In this document: positions 1 to 8,264 of the stretch, piece by piece
Layout of the letters: each line of letters opens with the position of its first letter
Position numbering within the stretch: position 1 is the stretch's first letter
Assembly (NCBI GenBank): GCA_963842945.1
Contig: CAWJIM010000020.1
Coordinates: 32,001-96,000 of the forward strand
Source of the DNA: an uncultured Gemmatimonadales bacterium
GTDB taxonomy: Bacteria > Gemmatimonadota > Gemmatimonadetes > Gemmatimonadales > GWC2-71-9
DNA length: 64,000 nucleotides
Direction of reading: 5' to 3'
The notes under the pieces: model-generated
Seen by the model: only the letters and a program-made list of their open reading frames with translations
What the model was told of the DNA's origin: nothing
Databases searched by the model: none
Program-made: the position numbers and the translations under genes

Positions 1-1
1 C

Positions 2-616
2 AGGCGACTGGCGCACCGGCCGTTGGCGACTGCCTTGGCCCGGCGCATACGTAGCCCCGAGCTGGCGGAGCGAGTGGCCTCGGCTGTGGTCTATGAAGCC
101 GGTCGAGCCCACATCAGCCCGAGCGTGCTTGCGGCCGTGCTCCTGATCGAGAACGCGCCGTTCGATACCAGCGCGGTCAGCAGCGAGGGCGCCATCGGCC
201 TGATGCAGGTGATGCCGATGCACGTCGGGAACTATCGCTGCCTCTCGGGCGACCTCCTGAACGTAGAGGCCAACATCTGCCATGGCGCTCGCCTGCTGCA
301 GATGCATGTGCGCCGAACCAAGTCGCTCGAGGCTGCCCTTCGGCGCTATAACGGATGCGTCCGCGGCCGCAACACCCCGCGGTGCCAGCGGTATCCGGTG
401 CGGGTGATGCGCACGGCCTCGCGGCTCCGCCGGGAAATTCTGGTGGCGGGTGCCAAGCTGTCCGACCAGTCCGACGATGAACCGGAGGATGCGGCCGCGC
501 GCCTGGATGCGCTTCCGCCGGATCTCCCGGACAGCACGGCCGTGGCTTCGAATGAGCCGGCCCGCTGCGACTCCTTCCTGGGCTGCCTCCGCGACCGCTG
601 GAGCCGCACTCGCTAG
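2..616 (+). CDS. Lytic transglycosylase (SLT domain), 5' end probably outside window
   Basis: Motifs LLIEN..FD..AVSSEGAIGLMQVMP and ALRRYNG; frame is open from position 2. Confidence 0.85.
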   Translation, partial: RRLAHRPLATALARRIRSPELAERVASAVVYEAGRAHISPSVLAAVLLIENAPFDTSAVSSEGAIGLMQVMPMHVGNYRCLSGDLLNVEANICHGARLLQMHVRRTKSLEAALRRYNGCVRGRNTPRCQRYPVRVMRTASRLRREILVAGAKLSDQSDDEPEDAAARLDALPPDLPDSTAVASNEPARCDSFLGCLRDRWSRTR

Positions 617-1096
617 GTTGGGTGCTGCTCCAATTCCTTCCTGAGCTCGGCTGTTAGCGCTTCCACGGCGGCAGGCCGCCCGTGGAAGGCTGCCGGTGTG
701 CTTTGAAACAGCTCCACTCTCCAGTGGTTGCCCTCAAATACGCCGACGAGCGTGTGAATAGTATTGACTGCGGGGTTCAGGTCGGCTGTGCCCGGCGGCA
801 CCATTCCGGCAACGGCTCGCAGGAGCACCACGCCGGGAGCCAGCACGCGAACCTGCGCGCACCTTCCCGATGTAGGCCGCCGTGGGATGGCTGCGAAATA
901 CCTCGCTCAAGTGTTCCTCAATATTTTCCTGCCCATCGATCGGACTTCCGTCGAAACCCACCATGTTGCCGTTCCGGCTGAAAAGCCGGGCAAACTCAGC
1001 GGCGTCGCGCTGGTTCCAGCAGCGCAGAACCTCCCCGTACAGCTCACGGGCGGCGCGCTCGGCAGCGGGGGCCTGAGTGAGCGGCTGATTCGGCAT
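613..1096 (-). CDS. SgcJ/EcaC-like (NTF2/DUF4440) protein, frameshift near 855
   Basis: ORF 734-1096 (WNQRDAAEFARLF..MVGFDGS) continues in ORF 613-846 (LLRAVAGMVPPG..LFQSTPA). Confidence 0.75.
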
Positions 1097-1113
1097 AGTC
1101 TCTCCGCAGGCAG

Positions 1114-2940
1114 TCAGTGTTGAACGGTTAGCTCTATCCGTGAAGCGAGTGTGGGCGTGTGCCAGACGCGATGCGTTTGCGCTTGGAAGTCGCCTGCTTT
1201 GGCCTGGAAGATATTGGGCACCCAGGTCTGCGGATTCCGGTCGTACAGGGGAAACCAGGTGCTCTGGACCTGGACCATGATCCGGTGCCCTCGCTGGAAG
1301 GTGTAGCTCTGCTGATGCAGATCCACGGTGAACTCCAGCGGCGTGTTTGGGGCCAGGGGCTCCGGTGCGCTGAAGCTGCGGCGATAGCGGCCGCGCATGA
1401 TCTCGTGGGCCACCATGAGCTCGTATCCGCCCCAGGACCAGTTATCCGGAACGCTGTCGGGGAAGACGTCGATCAACTTGACCACCCAGTCGGCGTCGCG
1501 GCCGGTGGTGGAGGCCACGAGTCTGGCTTTGATGTTCCCCGCCACCAGCAGGTCCTCCTCCAACGGGGCAGAGACCCACTTCACGACATCAGGCCGGCCG
1601 TCCACAAAGCGCTGGTCCTCTGTCTCCCAGAACTTCCAGCGGCTGCCCCGCGCGTCGTAGGTGCGCTCCACCGGGCGGGAACGATAGGGCACCGGGTGAG
1701 CCGGATCCGAGACGTACTGATCGTAGGACGCCTCTCCCGCTCGAGGAGGATCGAAGGTGAGGGCGCCACCGCCATGGAGATAGAGACTGCGGGGCGTACC
1801 GCCGGTTTTCGGAGGCCAGCTGTCATATGAGCGCCAGCGCCTGGCTCCGGCGTCGTACACCATTGCCTCCGGTTGATCTCTACCCTCCCGATCCTTCAAG
1901 TAATGCGCGAACCACGGGGCCTCAACATCGCGTAGGTACGCCTCATAGGTGCCGGGGTCGACAATTCGCATGAGGTTGGCCGGGCGGCGCCAGCCGCCGT
2001 GGTTCCAGGGTCCCATCACCAAAAAGTTGCGCCTGCCACTGTCTCCCCGCTCGAGTGCGGCATAGGTAGCGAGCGGCCCGTAACGGTCTTCCTGATCCCA
2101 CCAGCCGCCCACCGTCAGGGTGGCAACCAGCGGAGTCTTGAGGATTTTCTGCACCGCTCGCTGCTGCCAGAACCGGTCATACGCCGGATGGGCCACAAAC
2201 GCCTGCCAGGTGGGCACCCTTCCGTGGAAATACTTGCGGTCCACGTTGGCGAGCGAGCCCAGACGGGCGTACCAGTCGTAGGTGTCCCAGGAGTCGATCG
2301 GCATCGCGCCGGAGAGCGGAGAATCCGTGCTCAGCTCCATCGAGCCGGCATACTCGAAGCCGTAAGACAGCCGGAACGCGCCCTGATGGAAGAAGTCGTC
2401 TCCCATCCAGGTGTCGGTCATCGGCGCCTGAGGTGAGATAGCCTTCACCGCCGGATGAGGATTGATCCCGGCCATGGTCGCCAGAAAGCCGGGATAGGAG
2501 ACGCCGAGCACACCCACCCGCCCGTTGTTTCCCGGAACATTCGCCAGGAGCCACTCGACCGTGTCATAGGTATCCGTGCTCTCGTCCACGCCCTTGGGAT
2601 CGCCCGGATCGTGGAGCGGGCGATTCATGATGAACTGTCCCTCGCTCTTGTACCTGCCACGGATATCCTGCGACACGAAGATGTAGCCGTCTGCGGCAAA
2701 GAACCGATAGCTCTCGGGAACTACGGTATCACCGGCGATGCCGTAGGGCGTGCGGGTGAGCAGAAACGGGAGTGGTGCGTGCGGCCCATCCGGCTGGCAC
2801 ACGCTGGTGTTGAGATGAATGCCGTCTCGTACGGGAACCAGCACGAAGCGGCAGCGGTAGGCCGGCGGAGCACTCTGGCCGCTCGCCCCTGGGGGAATAA
2901 TCAGCAGGGCGAGCAATGCCGTGACGTGAATTGTCGCCAT
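1114..2940 (-). CDS. CocE/NonD family serine hydrolase (alpha-amino acid ester hydrolase-like), secreted
   Basis: TRTPY, QDIRGRYKSEG, nucleophile GVSYPG, GGWWDQED, GPWNHG, VQSTWFPLYDRNPQ. Confidence 0.92.
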   Translation of the reverse strand: MATIHVTALLALLIIPPGASGQSAPPAYRCRFVLVPVRDGIHLNTSVCQPDGPHAPLPFLLTRTPYGIAGDTVVPESYRFFAADGYIFVSQDIRGRYKSEGQFIMNRPLHDPGDPKGVDESTDTYDTVEWLLANVPGNNGRVGVLGVSYPGFLATMAGINPHPAVKAISPQAPMTDTWMGDDFFHQGAFRLSYGFEYAGSMELSTDSPLSGAMPIDSWDTYDWYARLGSLANVDRKYFHGRVPTWQAFVAHPAYDRFWQQRAVQKILKTPLVATLTVGGWWDQEDRYGPLATYAALERGDSGRRNFLVMGPWNHGGWRRPANLMRIVDPGTYEAYLRDVEAPWFAHYLKDREGRDQPEAMVYDAGARRWRSYDSWPPKTGGTPRSLYLHGGGALTFDPPRAGEASYDQYVSDPAHPVPYRSRPVERTYDARGSRWKFWETEDQRFVDGRPDVVKWVSAPLEEDLLVAGNIKARLVASTTGRDADWVVKLIDVFPDSVPDNWSWGGYELMVAHEIMRGRYRRSFSAPEPLAPNTPLEFTVDLHQQSYTFQRGHRIMVQVQSTWFPLYDRNPQTWVPNIFQAKAGDFQAQTHRVWHTPTLASRIELTVQH

Positions 2941-2943
2941 CGA

Positions 2944-3471
2944 TCAGAACGGCATGCGGTATTCAGGAGGAGTGACTCCATTCAGCCGGAGGTAAGGCAC
3001 GATCTGGCCCAGGGTCCAGACTGAGTGCTCGAACGAGAGCATGGCCAGCCGGCTCGCCGGCTGAGGCGGCTGGCCGTAGATCGCGACCTGCTTGCTCAGC
3101 TGCGCGGGCTTGGCCTCCTGCAGCGCTTTCAGCAGGTAGTCATAGGTTGCAGCGGCGTATTTCCGGAGTGCGGCCTTGTCGTGCAGATAGGCCGAGCTGT
3201 CGCCCAGAGCGGGCGCAGCCTTCTGGCCTCGCAGGGCGATCGCCGCGACCTCCAGGTTTGTGGTCACGATATGATCGAACTGCTCGGCGAAGCTGCGAAC
3301 GCCCGGAGTGGGCCTGAAGCCGGTGGCGGAATCGGGCATGGCATCGATGTAGGCCAGCACCGTGGTGCGGTTCCGCTGCCAGTCGGCGAGCTGATCGGCG
3401 GAGATGGAGGACTGGGCCTGCAGCAGCCGCGTGGTGAGGGCTAGGGCCGTCAGAATGAAGAGTGGGCGCAC
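2944..3471 (-). CDS. DinB family protein with signal peptide
   Basis: AMPD...FRPTPGVRSFAEQFDH and EH...TLGQIVPYLRLNGVTPP. Confidence 0.85.
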   Translation of the reverse strand: MRPLFILTALALTTRLLQAQSSISADQLADWQRNRTTVLAYIDAMPDSATGFRPTPGVRSFAEQFDHIVTTNLEVAAIALRGQKAAPALGDSSAYLHDKAALRKYAAATYDYLLKALQEAKPAQLSKQVAIYGQPPQPASRLAMLSFEHSVWTLGQIVPYLRLNGVTPPEYRMPF

Positions 3472-3484
3472 AATAGGTCCTGGT

Positions 3485-3917
3485 TCAGTTGGGTTGGTCT
3501 GCTCTTGGCATGATCATATTCTCCGATCGGATACCCGCCGTTCCACCGGAAGCTCGGGGCCCATACGGCGGCGCAGCACTCCGCCAATGAGCGCTCCGAG
3601 CTCCGGTGGCCACGAAGGTGTAGCCGGCCAGCATGACGACTCCCACCAGCCATAGCTCGCTGTTCTCCGGACTGGCGACAACCCGCCAGAGCAGAACCGC
3701 GAGTTGGCCGAGGAACATGCCGGCAGCGATGGTTCCCGTCCGGCCCGGCGCGAAAAAGCCCAGGAGGAGTCCGCTCCCGAGCAGGGCCAGAGGATACGCC
3801 GGACCGTTGCCGTCCCAGGGCTCGGACTGGTGGAGAAAGCCGGCCGGGATCAGCCAGAAGCGCGAGACCGATGATGAAACTCAGAGCCAGAATGGCTCGG
3901 CGCGACAGGCGAGGCAC
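3485..3917 (-). CDS. Hypothetical membrane protein (frameshifted)
   Basis: Hydrophobic segments split across ORFs 3450-3917 and 3485-3718; fits the minus-strand operon. Confidence 0.55.
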
Positions 3918-3964
3918 CCCAACCTCCAGAGTTCAGGAGTTCATTGAAATCAGAGCTGGGCCAG

Positions 3965-4320
3965 TTACCGCGCGTACTGGTCCGCGCCGAGGAAATGCAG
4001 CGAGACATAGGGCTGATCGCCCACCACCCAGCTGTCATGCGGAACCGGTGGAACGTAGAAGAGGTCGCCCGGGTGCATCTCGACCACGCGGTCGTCGAAG
4101 GCAACGGTGGCCACCCCGGACACCACCAGGCCCAGGTGTTCCACCCGGCAGCGGGTCGAGCCGGTGGCCGGTCCCACATGCTCCGACCATTTCCATCCCG
4201 GCTGGTAGGTGGCCCGTCCAATGCTCATCCCCCTTCATCCGCACGATCTCGAACCGGCCCTTCGATCATGTCGCGGACTTCGTCAGGCTGTTCAAACCGG
4301 CGGAGAATAAGATCGAGCAC
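3965..4320 (-). CDS. Cupin domain protein, frameshift near 4258
   Basis: VLDLILRRFEQPDEVR..GRFEIV..GRATYQPGWKWSEHV..C..EHLG..PHDSWVVGD. Confidence 0.8.
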
Positions 4321-4324
4321 GGGA

Positions 4325-4811
4325 TCACTGTGCAAAGCGCACACTCTGACTCAGCACGGCAATGGCCTCGACCTCGATCATCAGCTCGGGGCGGGCGAGG
4401 CTGGAGACCACCACCAGCGTGTTGGCGGGCGGGCGACCAGACCGCGAGACCTGGGCCCGGACTTCGCGCAGCGTCGGCAGGTTCTTGAGGTCGGTGATAA
4501 ACGTGGTCGTCTTGACCACGTCGTCCAGCGATCCCCCGACGCTGGCCAGCGCCCGCCGCAGATTCTCGTACACCCGCTGGGCCTGCGCCTTGAAGTCGCC
4601 CGCACCAACCAACTGCCCGGTGCTGTCGAAGGCAACCTGCCCGGCTAGGTACACGGTGCGGTTGTCCGGGGCAACCACAACGTGGGTATAGCCGTTGGGC
4701 TTGGTGAGACCCGGCGGATTGATGTAGCGGGAGGTTTGAGTCTGGGCTGACGAGGCGGGAGGACTTGCCAGGAGCAGCAGTGCCGCAAGACCAACCAGGT
4801 GCGACGCGCAT
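4325..4811 (-). CDS. RidA/YjgF/UK114 family protein with apparent signal peptide
   Basis: YINPPGL..PNGYTHVV, VYLAGQV, PPANTLVVVSSLARPELMIEVEAIA; in-frame N-terminal HLVGLAALLLLASPPASSAQ. Confidence 0.85.
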
Positions 4812-4833
4812 ATCGCGATCTCCCAGATGAGAA

Positions 4834-5169
4834 TCAGGCCGCATGGCCATTGCCCGGCCCGCGCCGTTCGCGCACTTCGTAATGGGCCGATCGCTCATCG
4901 AAGCGGATCAGCAGCTGCCGGGCCCTGGGTGGAACCACAGCCTGCTCGTAGTCCTCGCCGGCAAAGGTTCGCACGGCCAGCAGCGAGTCGAACCACATGA
5001 TGGTGACAAACTCCACGCCTTCCTCCACCTCTCGGCGCAGAAGATCGATGCCCTGAAATCCGGTTATCCCCCGCTCGATGATGCCGGTGAAGATTTCAGC
5101 CTTGAGCAGGCCCTCATAGGCATCGGCGTTCCGGGCCGTCGTCCATCCTCTCCAGATACGGCTGATCAT
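4834..5169 (-). CDS. Antibiotic biosynthesis monooxygenase-like protein
   Basis: MISRIWRGWT..ADAYE..EFVTIMWFDSL..FAGEDYEQAVVP. Confidence 0.8.
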   Translation of the reverse strand: MISRIWRGWTTARNADAYEGLLKAEIFTGIIERGITGFQGIDLLRREVEEGVEFVTIMWFDSLLAVRTFAGEDYEQAVVPPRARQLLIRFDERSAHYEVRERRGPGNGHAA

Positions 5170-5390
5170 GCCGACTCGGCGTAGGAACGACCGCGCACCC
5201 GGATCGAGTCGAACAGCGCGCGGGAGACCGCGGCGACATCGTGTACCGCCCGATCGAAGGCCTCCTGGTTGCCCTGCGACGGTGCCTGGAATCCGCTGAT
5301 CTTCCGCACGAACTGCAAGGCAGCGTTGTGCAGCTCCTCATCGGTGGGAGGATGATCGGGATGTCTGAGACGCTTGATGTTCCTGCACAT
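5166..5390 (-). CDS. DUF2277 family small protein
   Basis: MCRNIKRL..PPTDEELHNAALQFVRKISGF..PS..NQEAF. Confidence 0.85.
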   Translation of the reverse strand: MCRNIKRLRHPDHPPTDEELHNAALQFVRKISGFQAPSQGNQEAFDRAVHDVAAVSRALFDSIRVRGRSYAESA

Positions 5391-5426
5391 GTCTCCTCCA
5401 GTGGTGGTTGGCTGGCACTCGGCTCG

Positions 5427-6086
5427 TCAGACCCGCAGCAGCCGGAACGCGTGGGTCCAGTCATTCTCCCGAAAACCAGGAATGCACCAGAGCTGAGCCA
5501 GAGGCTCCAGGGCTCGGGCCGCAATCGCACTACCCATGTCCGCACCCTCCCAGCCGAGGTGCTCCAGCACCCGGGACACTATGGCCTTGGCCGCGGCATC
5601 GTTCCCGCAGAAAAACATGGTCGGTGGGCCGCCGGACAGGAGCGGATGCACCATGAGATCGCTGCCCACGCTATTGAACGCCTTGACGAACGCGATGCGG
5701 GGGTGCGCCGCCTGCAGTCGTTCCATCAGCGACTCGTTCGGTCCGGTGAAGTAGCGCAGCACGCCGTCCACCGGCGGATCATCACTGATCGGATTGGTGG
5801 TGTCGATCACCAGTTTGCCGTTCAGGTTGTCGGCGCCGGCGAGATCGATTGCCTCCAGCGCCGCTGTTCCCAGCACCGCGAGCACCACAGCCTCGCCCCA
5901 GGCGGCCACCGAAGAGAAGGTGCCTTCCTCGATCCCGGTGGTCCGGGAGAATTTGGCCAGCTTGCCGGGGGAGCGGGTTCCAATCCGCGTCTCATAGCCG
6001 TTGGAGCCGAGGCCCTTGGCCAGCGCCTGGCCCACCTCACCTGAGCCGAGGACGCCGAAACGCTTGGGATGGGAGGTAACAGGCAT
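5427..6086 (-). CDS. NADPH-dependent F420 reductase-like oxidoreductase
   Basis: GVLGSGEVG Rossmann motif, VIDTTNP, VKAFNSV, CGNDAAAK, ARALEPL. Confidence 0.85.
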   Translation of the reverse strand: MPVTSHPKRFGVLGSGEVGQALAKGLGSNGYETRIGTRSPGKLAKFSRTTGIEEGTFSSVAAWGEAVVLAVLGTAALEAIDLAGADNLNGKLVIDTTNPISDDPPVDGVLRYFTGPNESLMERLQAAHPRIAFVKAFNSVGSDLMVHPLLSGGPPTMFFCGNDAAAKAIVSRVLEHLGWEGADMGSAIAARALEPLAQLWCIPGFRENDWTHAFRLLRV

Positions 6087-6095
6087 GGCGGTCTT

Positions 6096-6560
6096 CTATA
6101 GATCCTTCCGGAAGGAGCGCAGGGCGCCGGCATCGTCGAAGCCGAGCGCCAGATGTGCCGCAATGCTGGTGGTGTTGTCGAACTGGGTGTCCGACCCAAA
6201 CTCCTGGCATCCTTGCGCGCGTCCCCATTCCTCGGCCGCCCGTACCAGGGCCCGGCCGACTCCCTGCCGCCGTAGCGACGGGGTCACGTACCAGCCCTCG
6301 AGGAAGGCCACCGGACTGGTGCGGCAATCTTCAGCATAAGGGCGGAGTGCCAGCTCGGCGAATCCGACCAGGCCCGTACCAGCCTTCTCTGCCACCAGCA
6401 CGGCTGCCAGCCGGGGATCGTCGGTGGTGAAGAACGCCTCCGCTTCGTCCAGGAGCTCCTGCAAAGGCTGGTCGGGCCAGAGGGCATTCCGCAATGTGGC
6501 CCAGCTCCGCGCATCGTCCGCCCGGGCCTCACGAACCTGGACGCCAGGCACCAGGTCCAC
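6096..6560 (-). CDS. GNAT acetyltransferase, AAC(6')-I-like
   Basis: W..LR.ALWP, GFAELALRPYAEDC.TSPVAFLEGWYV, EFGSDT..DN..S.AAHLALGF; start placed at GTG 6560. Confidence 0.8.
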   Translation of the reverse strand: MDLVPGVQVREARADDARSWATLRNALWPDQPLQELLDEAEAFFTTDDPRLAAVLVAEKAGTGLVGFAELALRPYAEDCRTSPVAFLEGWYVTPSLRRQGVGRALVRAAEEWGRAQGCQEFGSDTQFDNTTSIAAHLALGFDDAGALRSFRKDL

Positions 6561-6648
6561 TGTGGAACCGGGAGCGCCTGCCGGTTGGTTCGGTGTACTA
6601 TAGGATTCACTCAAAACGTTCCGTCCCGTATCTGAGGAATATGCAAGT

Positions 6649-7548
6649 ATGAAGGTATTTCTGACCGGCGCCACTGGATACATCGGCAGCGCCGTGGCTG
6701 AGCGGCTTCGGGCTGCAGGGCATGAAGTGAGCGCACTGGCCCGAAGCGACGCTGCTGCCGCCAAGCTCGCCGCTACGGGCATTCGCGGGGTGCGGGGCGA
6801 CTTCAGCGATCTCCGAAGCATAACCACCGCGGCTGGCGAGGCCGACGGCGTAATCAGCCTGGCGACCACTTACGACCCGGCCATCGATGGGCCCGCCATC
6901 GGCGCCATTCTGGAGGCGTTGTTGGGCAGCAACAAGCCATTCATTTATACCAGTGGGATCTGGTCTCACGGCGATACCGGCGGCAAAGTGGTGGACGAAA
7001 CCTCGCCCCCGAAGCCGGCACAGATCGTGAGCTGGCGCCAGGCGGTAGAGGAGCGGGTGCTTCAGGCAGCGGCCCGCGGAGTCCGCAGCGTGGTGATCCG
7101 GCCAGCCATAGTATATGGACGGGGCGGAGGAATTCCGGCCGGATTTGTGGAGTCGGCGCAGAAGGAAGGCGCCGCGCGCTATGTCGGAACCGGAGAGAAT
7201 CGCTGGCCCTTCGTTCACGTAGACGATCTGGCTGAGCTGTATCTCCTGGCGCTGGAGAAGGCGCCTCCTGGCACTCTGCTGCTCGGGGTCAGTGGACCTG
7301 CTTTCCGAGTGGCCGACGTAGCTGCGGCGGCCAGCCGAGGCGCGGGCGCGGGCGGCAAAACCGCTGGATGGCCGCTGGAACAGGCGCGGGGCAAGCTGGG
7401 CCCCTCCGCCGACGCGCTGGTTCTGGATCAGCAGGCATCGGGCAAGAAGGCGGAGACCCTGCTGGGGTGGCGCCCGTCGAGGCCGAGCGTGCTGGAAGAC
7501 ATCGAGCATGGCTCCTACGCCTCCGCAGAAAGGGGCAGCCGGAGATAG
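6649..7548 (+). CDS. NAD-dependent epimerase/dehydratase (atypical SDR)
   Basis: MKVFLTGATGYIGSAV, YTSGIW, IRPAIVYG, VHVDDLA. Confidence 0.9.
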   Translation: MKVFLTGATGYIGSAVAERLRAAGHEVSALARSDAAAAKLAATGIRGVRGDFSDLRSITTAAGEADGVISLATTYDPAIDGPAIGAILEALLGSNKPFIYTSGIWSHGDTGGKVVDETSPPKPAQIVSWRQAVEERVLQAAARGVRSVVIRPAIVYGRGGGIPAGFVESAQKEGAARYVGTGENRWPFVHVDDLAELYLLALEKAPPGTLLLGVSGPAFRVADVAAAASRGAGAGGKTAGWPLEQARGKLGPSADALVLDQQASGKKAETLLGWRPSRPSVLEDIEHGSYASAERGSRR

Positions 7549-7592
7549 TCTCGATGTAGACCGATCTTCCACTCCTCTTCTGGAGGCGAGCA

Positions 7593-8225
7593 GTGCTGGC
7601 CAACTGGATCACGCTATCGCGCTTTCCGCTCCTGCTGGTCAACATCCTGATCCTCTACCTCGGGTCTCCGGCGGCACGGCTTGCCGGCGTCGGTCTGCTC
7701 TTCGTGGGACTGATGCTGGACACGGTGGACGGCATCGTGGCTCGCAAGACCGGCCAGAGCAGTCTCTTCGGCAGCGTGCTCGATATCGCGGCGGACCGGA
7801 CCTACGAGCTGGTGCTGTGGGTCTGCTTTGCCGATCTGGGAATGATCCCGCTGGCGATTCCGCTGATCATCATCGCCCGCACCACACTGACCGATGCGCT
7901 GCGCAGCATCGGAGTGGGGCAGGGGACGGCTCCTTTCGCACAACATCGCTCCACATTGGGGCGCTTTCTGGTGGGCTCAACCGCCATGCGCACCGGTTAT
8001 GCCGTTACCAAGGTCGTGACCTTCTGCGGGCTGGCCCTGGCTCAGGCATTCAGTGGCTTCGGCACGGACACCGGGCTGCCTCAGGAGGTCCCCTGGATGA
8101 TGCGCGTGCTCCGAGTCACTGCCTGGCTTGCCGTGGTTTTCTGCGTGTTCCGCGGCTTGCCCGTGATCATCAGCTCGCTTCGCCGCTATTGGGGCACGCC
8201 AGCAGTCACCGGTGCCGTCCTATAG
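7593..8225 (+). CDS. CDP-alcohol phosphatidyltransferase family protein
   Basis: ANWITLSR and DTVDGIVAR...S.FGSVLDIAAD signature. Confidence 0.9.
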   Translation: MLANWITLSRFPLLLVNILILYLGSPAARLAGVGLLFVGLMLDTVDGIVARKTGQSSLFGSVLDIAADRTYELVLWVCFADLGMIPLAIPLIIIARTTLTDALRSIGVGQGTAPFAQHRSTLGRFLVGSTAMRTGYAVTKVVTFCGLALAQAFSGFGTDTGLPQEVPWMMRVLRVTAWLAVVFCVFRGLPVIISSLRRYWGTPAVTGAVL

Positions 8226-8264
8226 CTGCACGCAGGACGCTAACGAGAAACGACTCGCTAACCC

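Noticed and set aside
6561..6869. Long N-terminal extension of the GNAT ORF 6096-6869
   Set aside because: It overlaps the divergent epimerase gene antisense and has no domain-like sequence.
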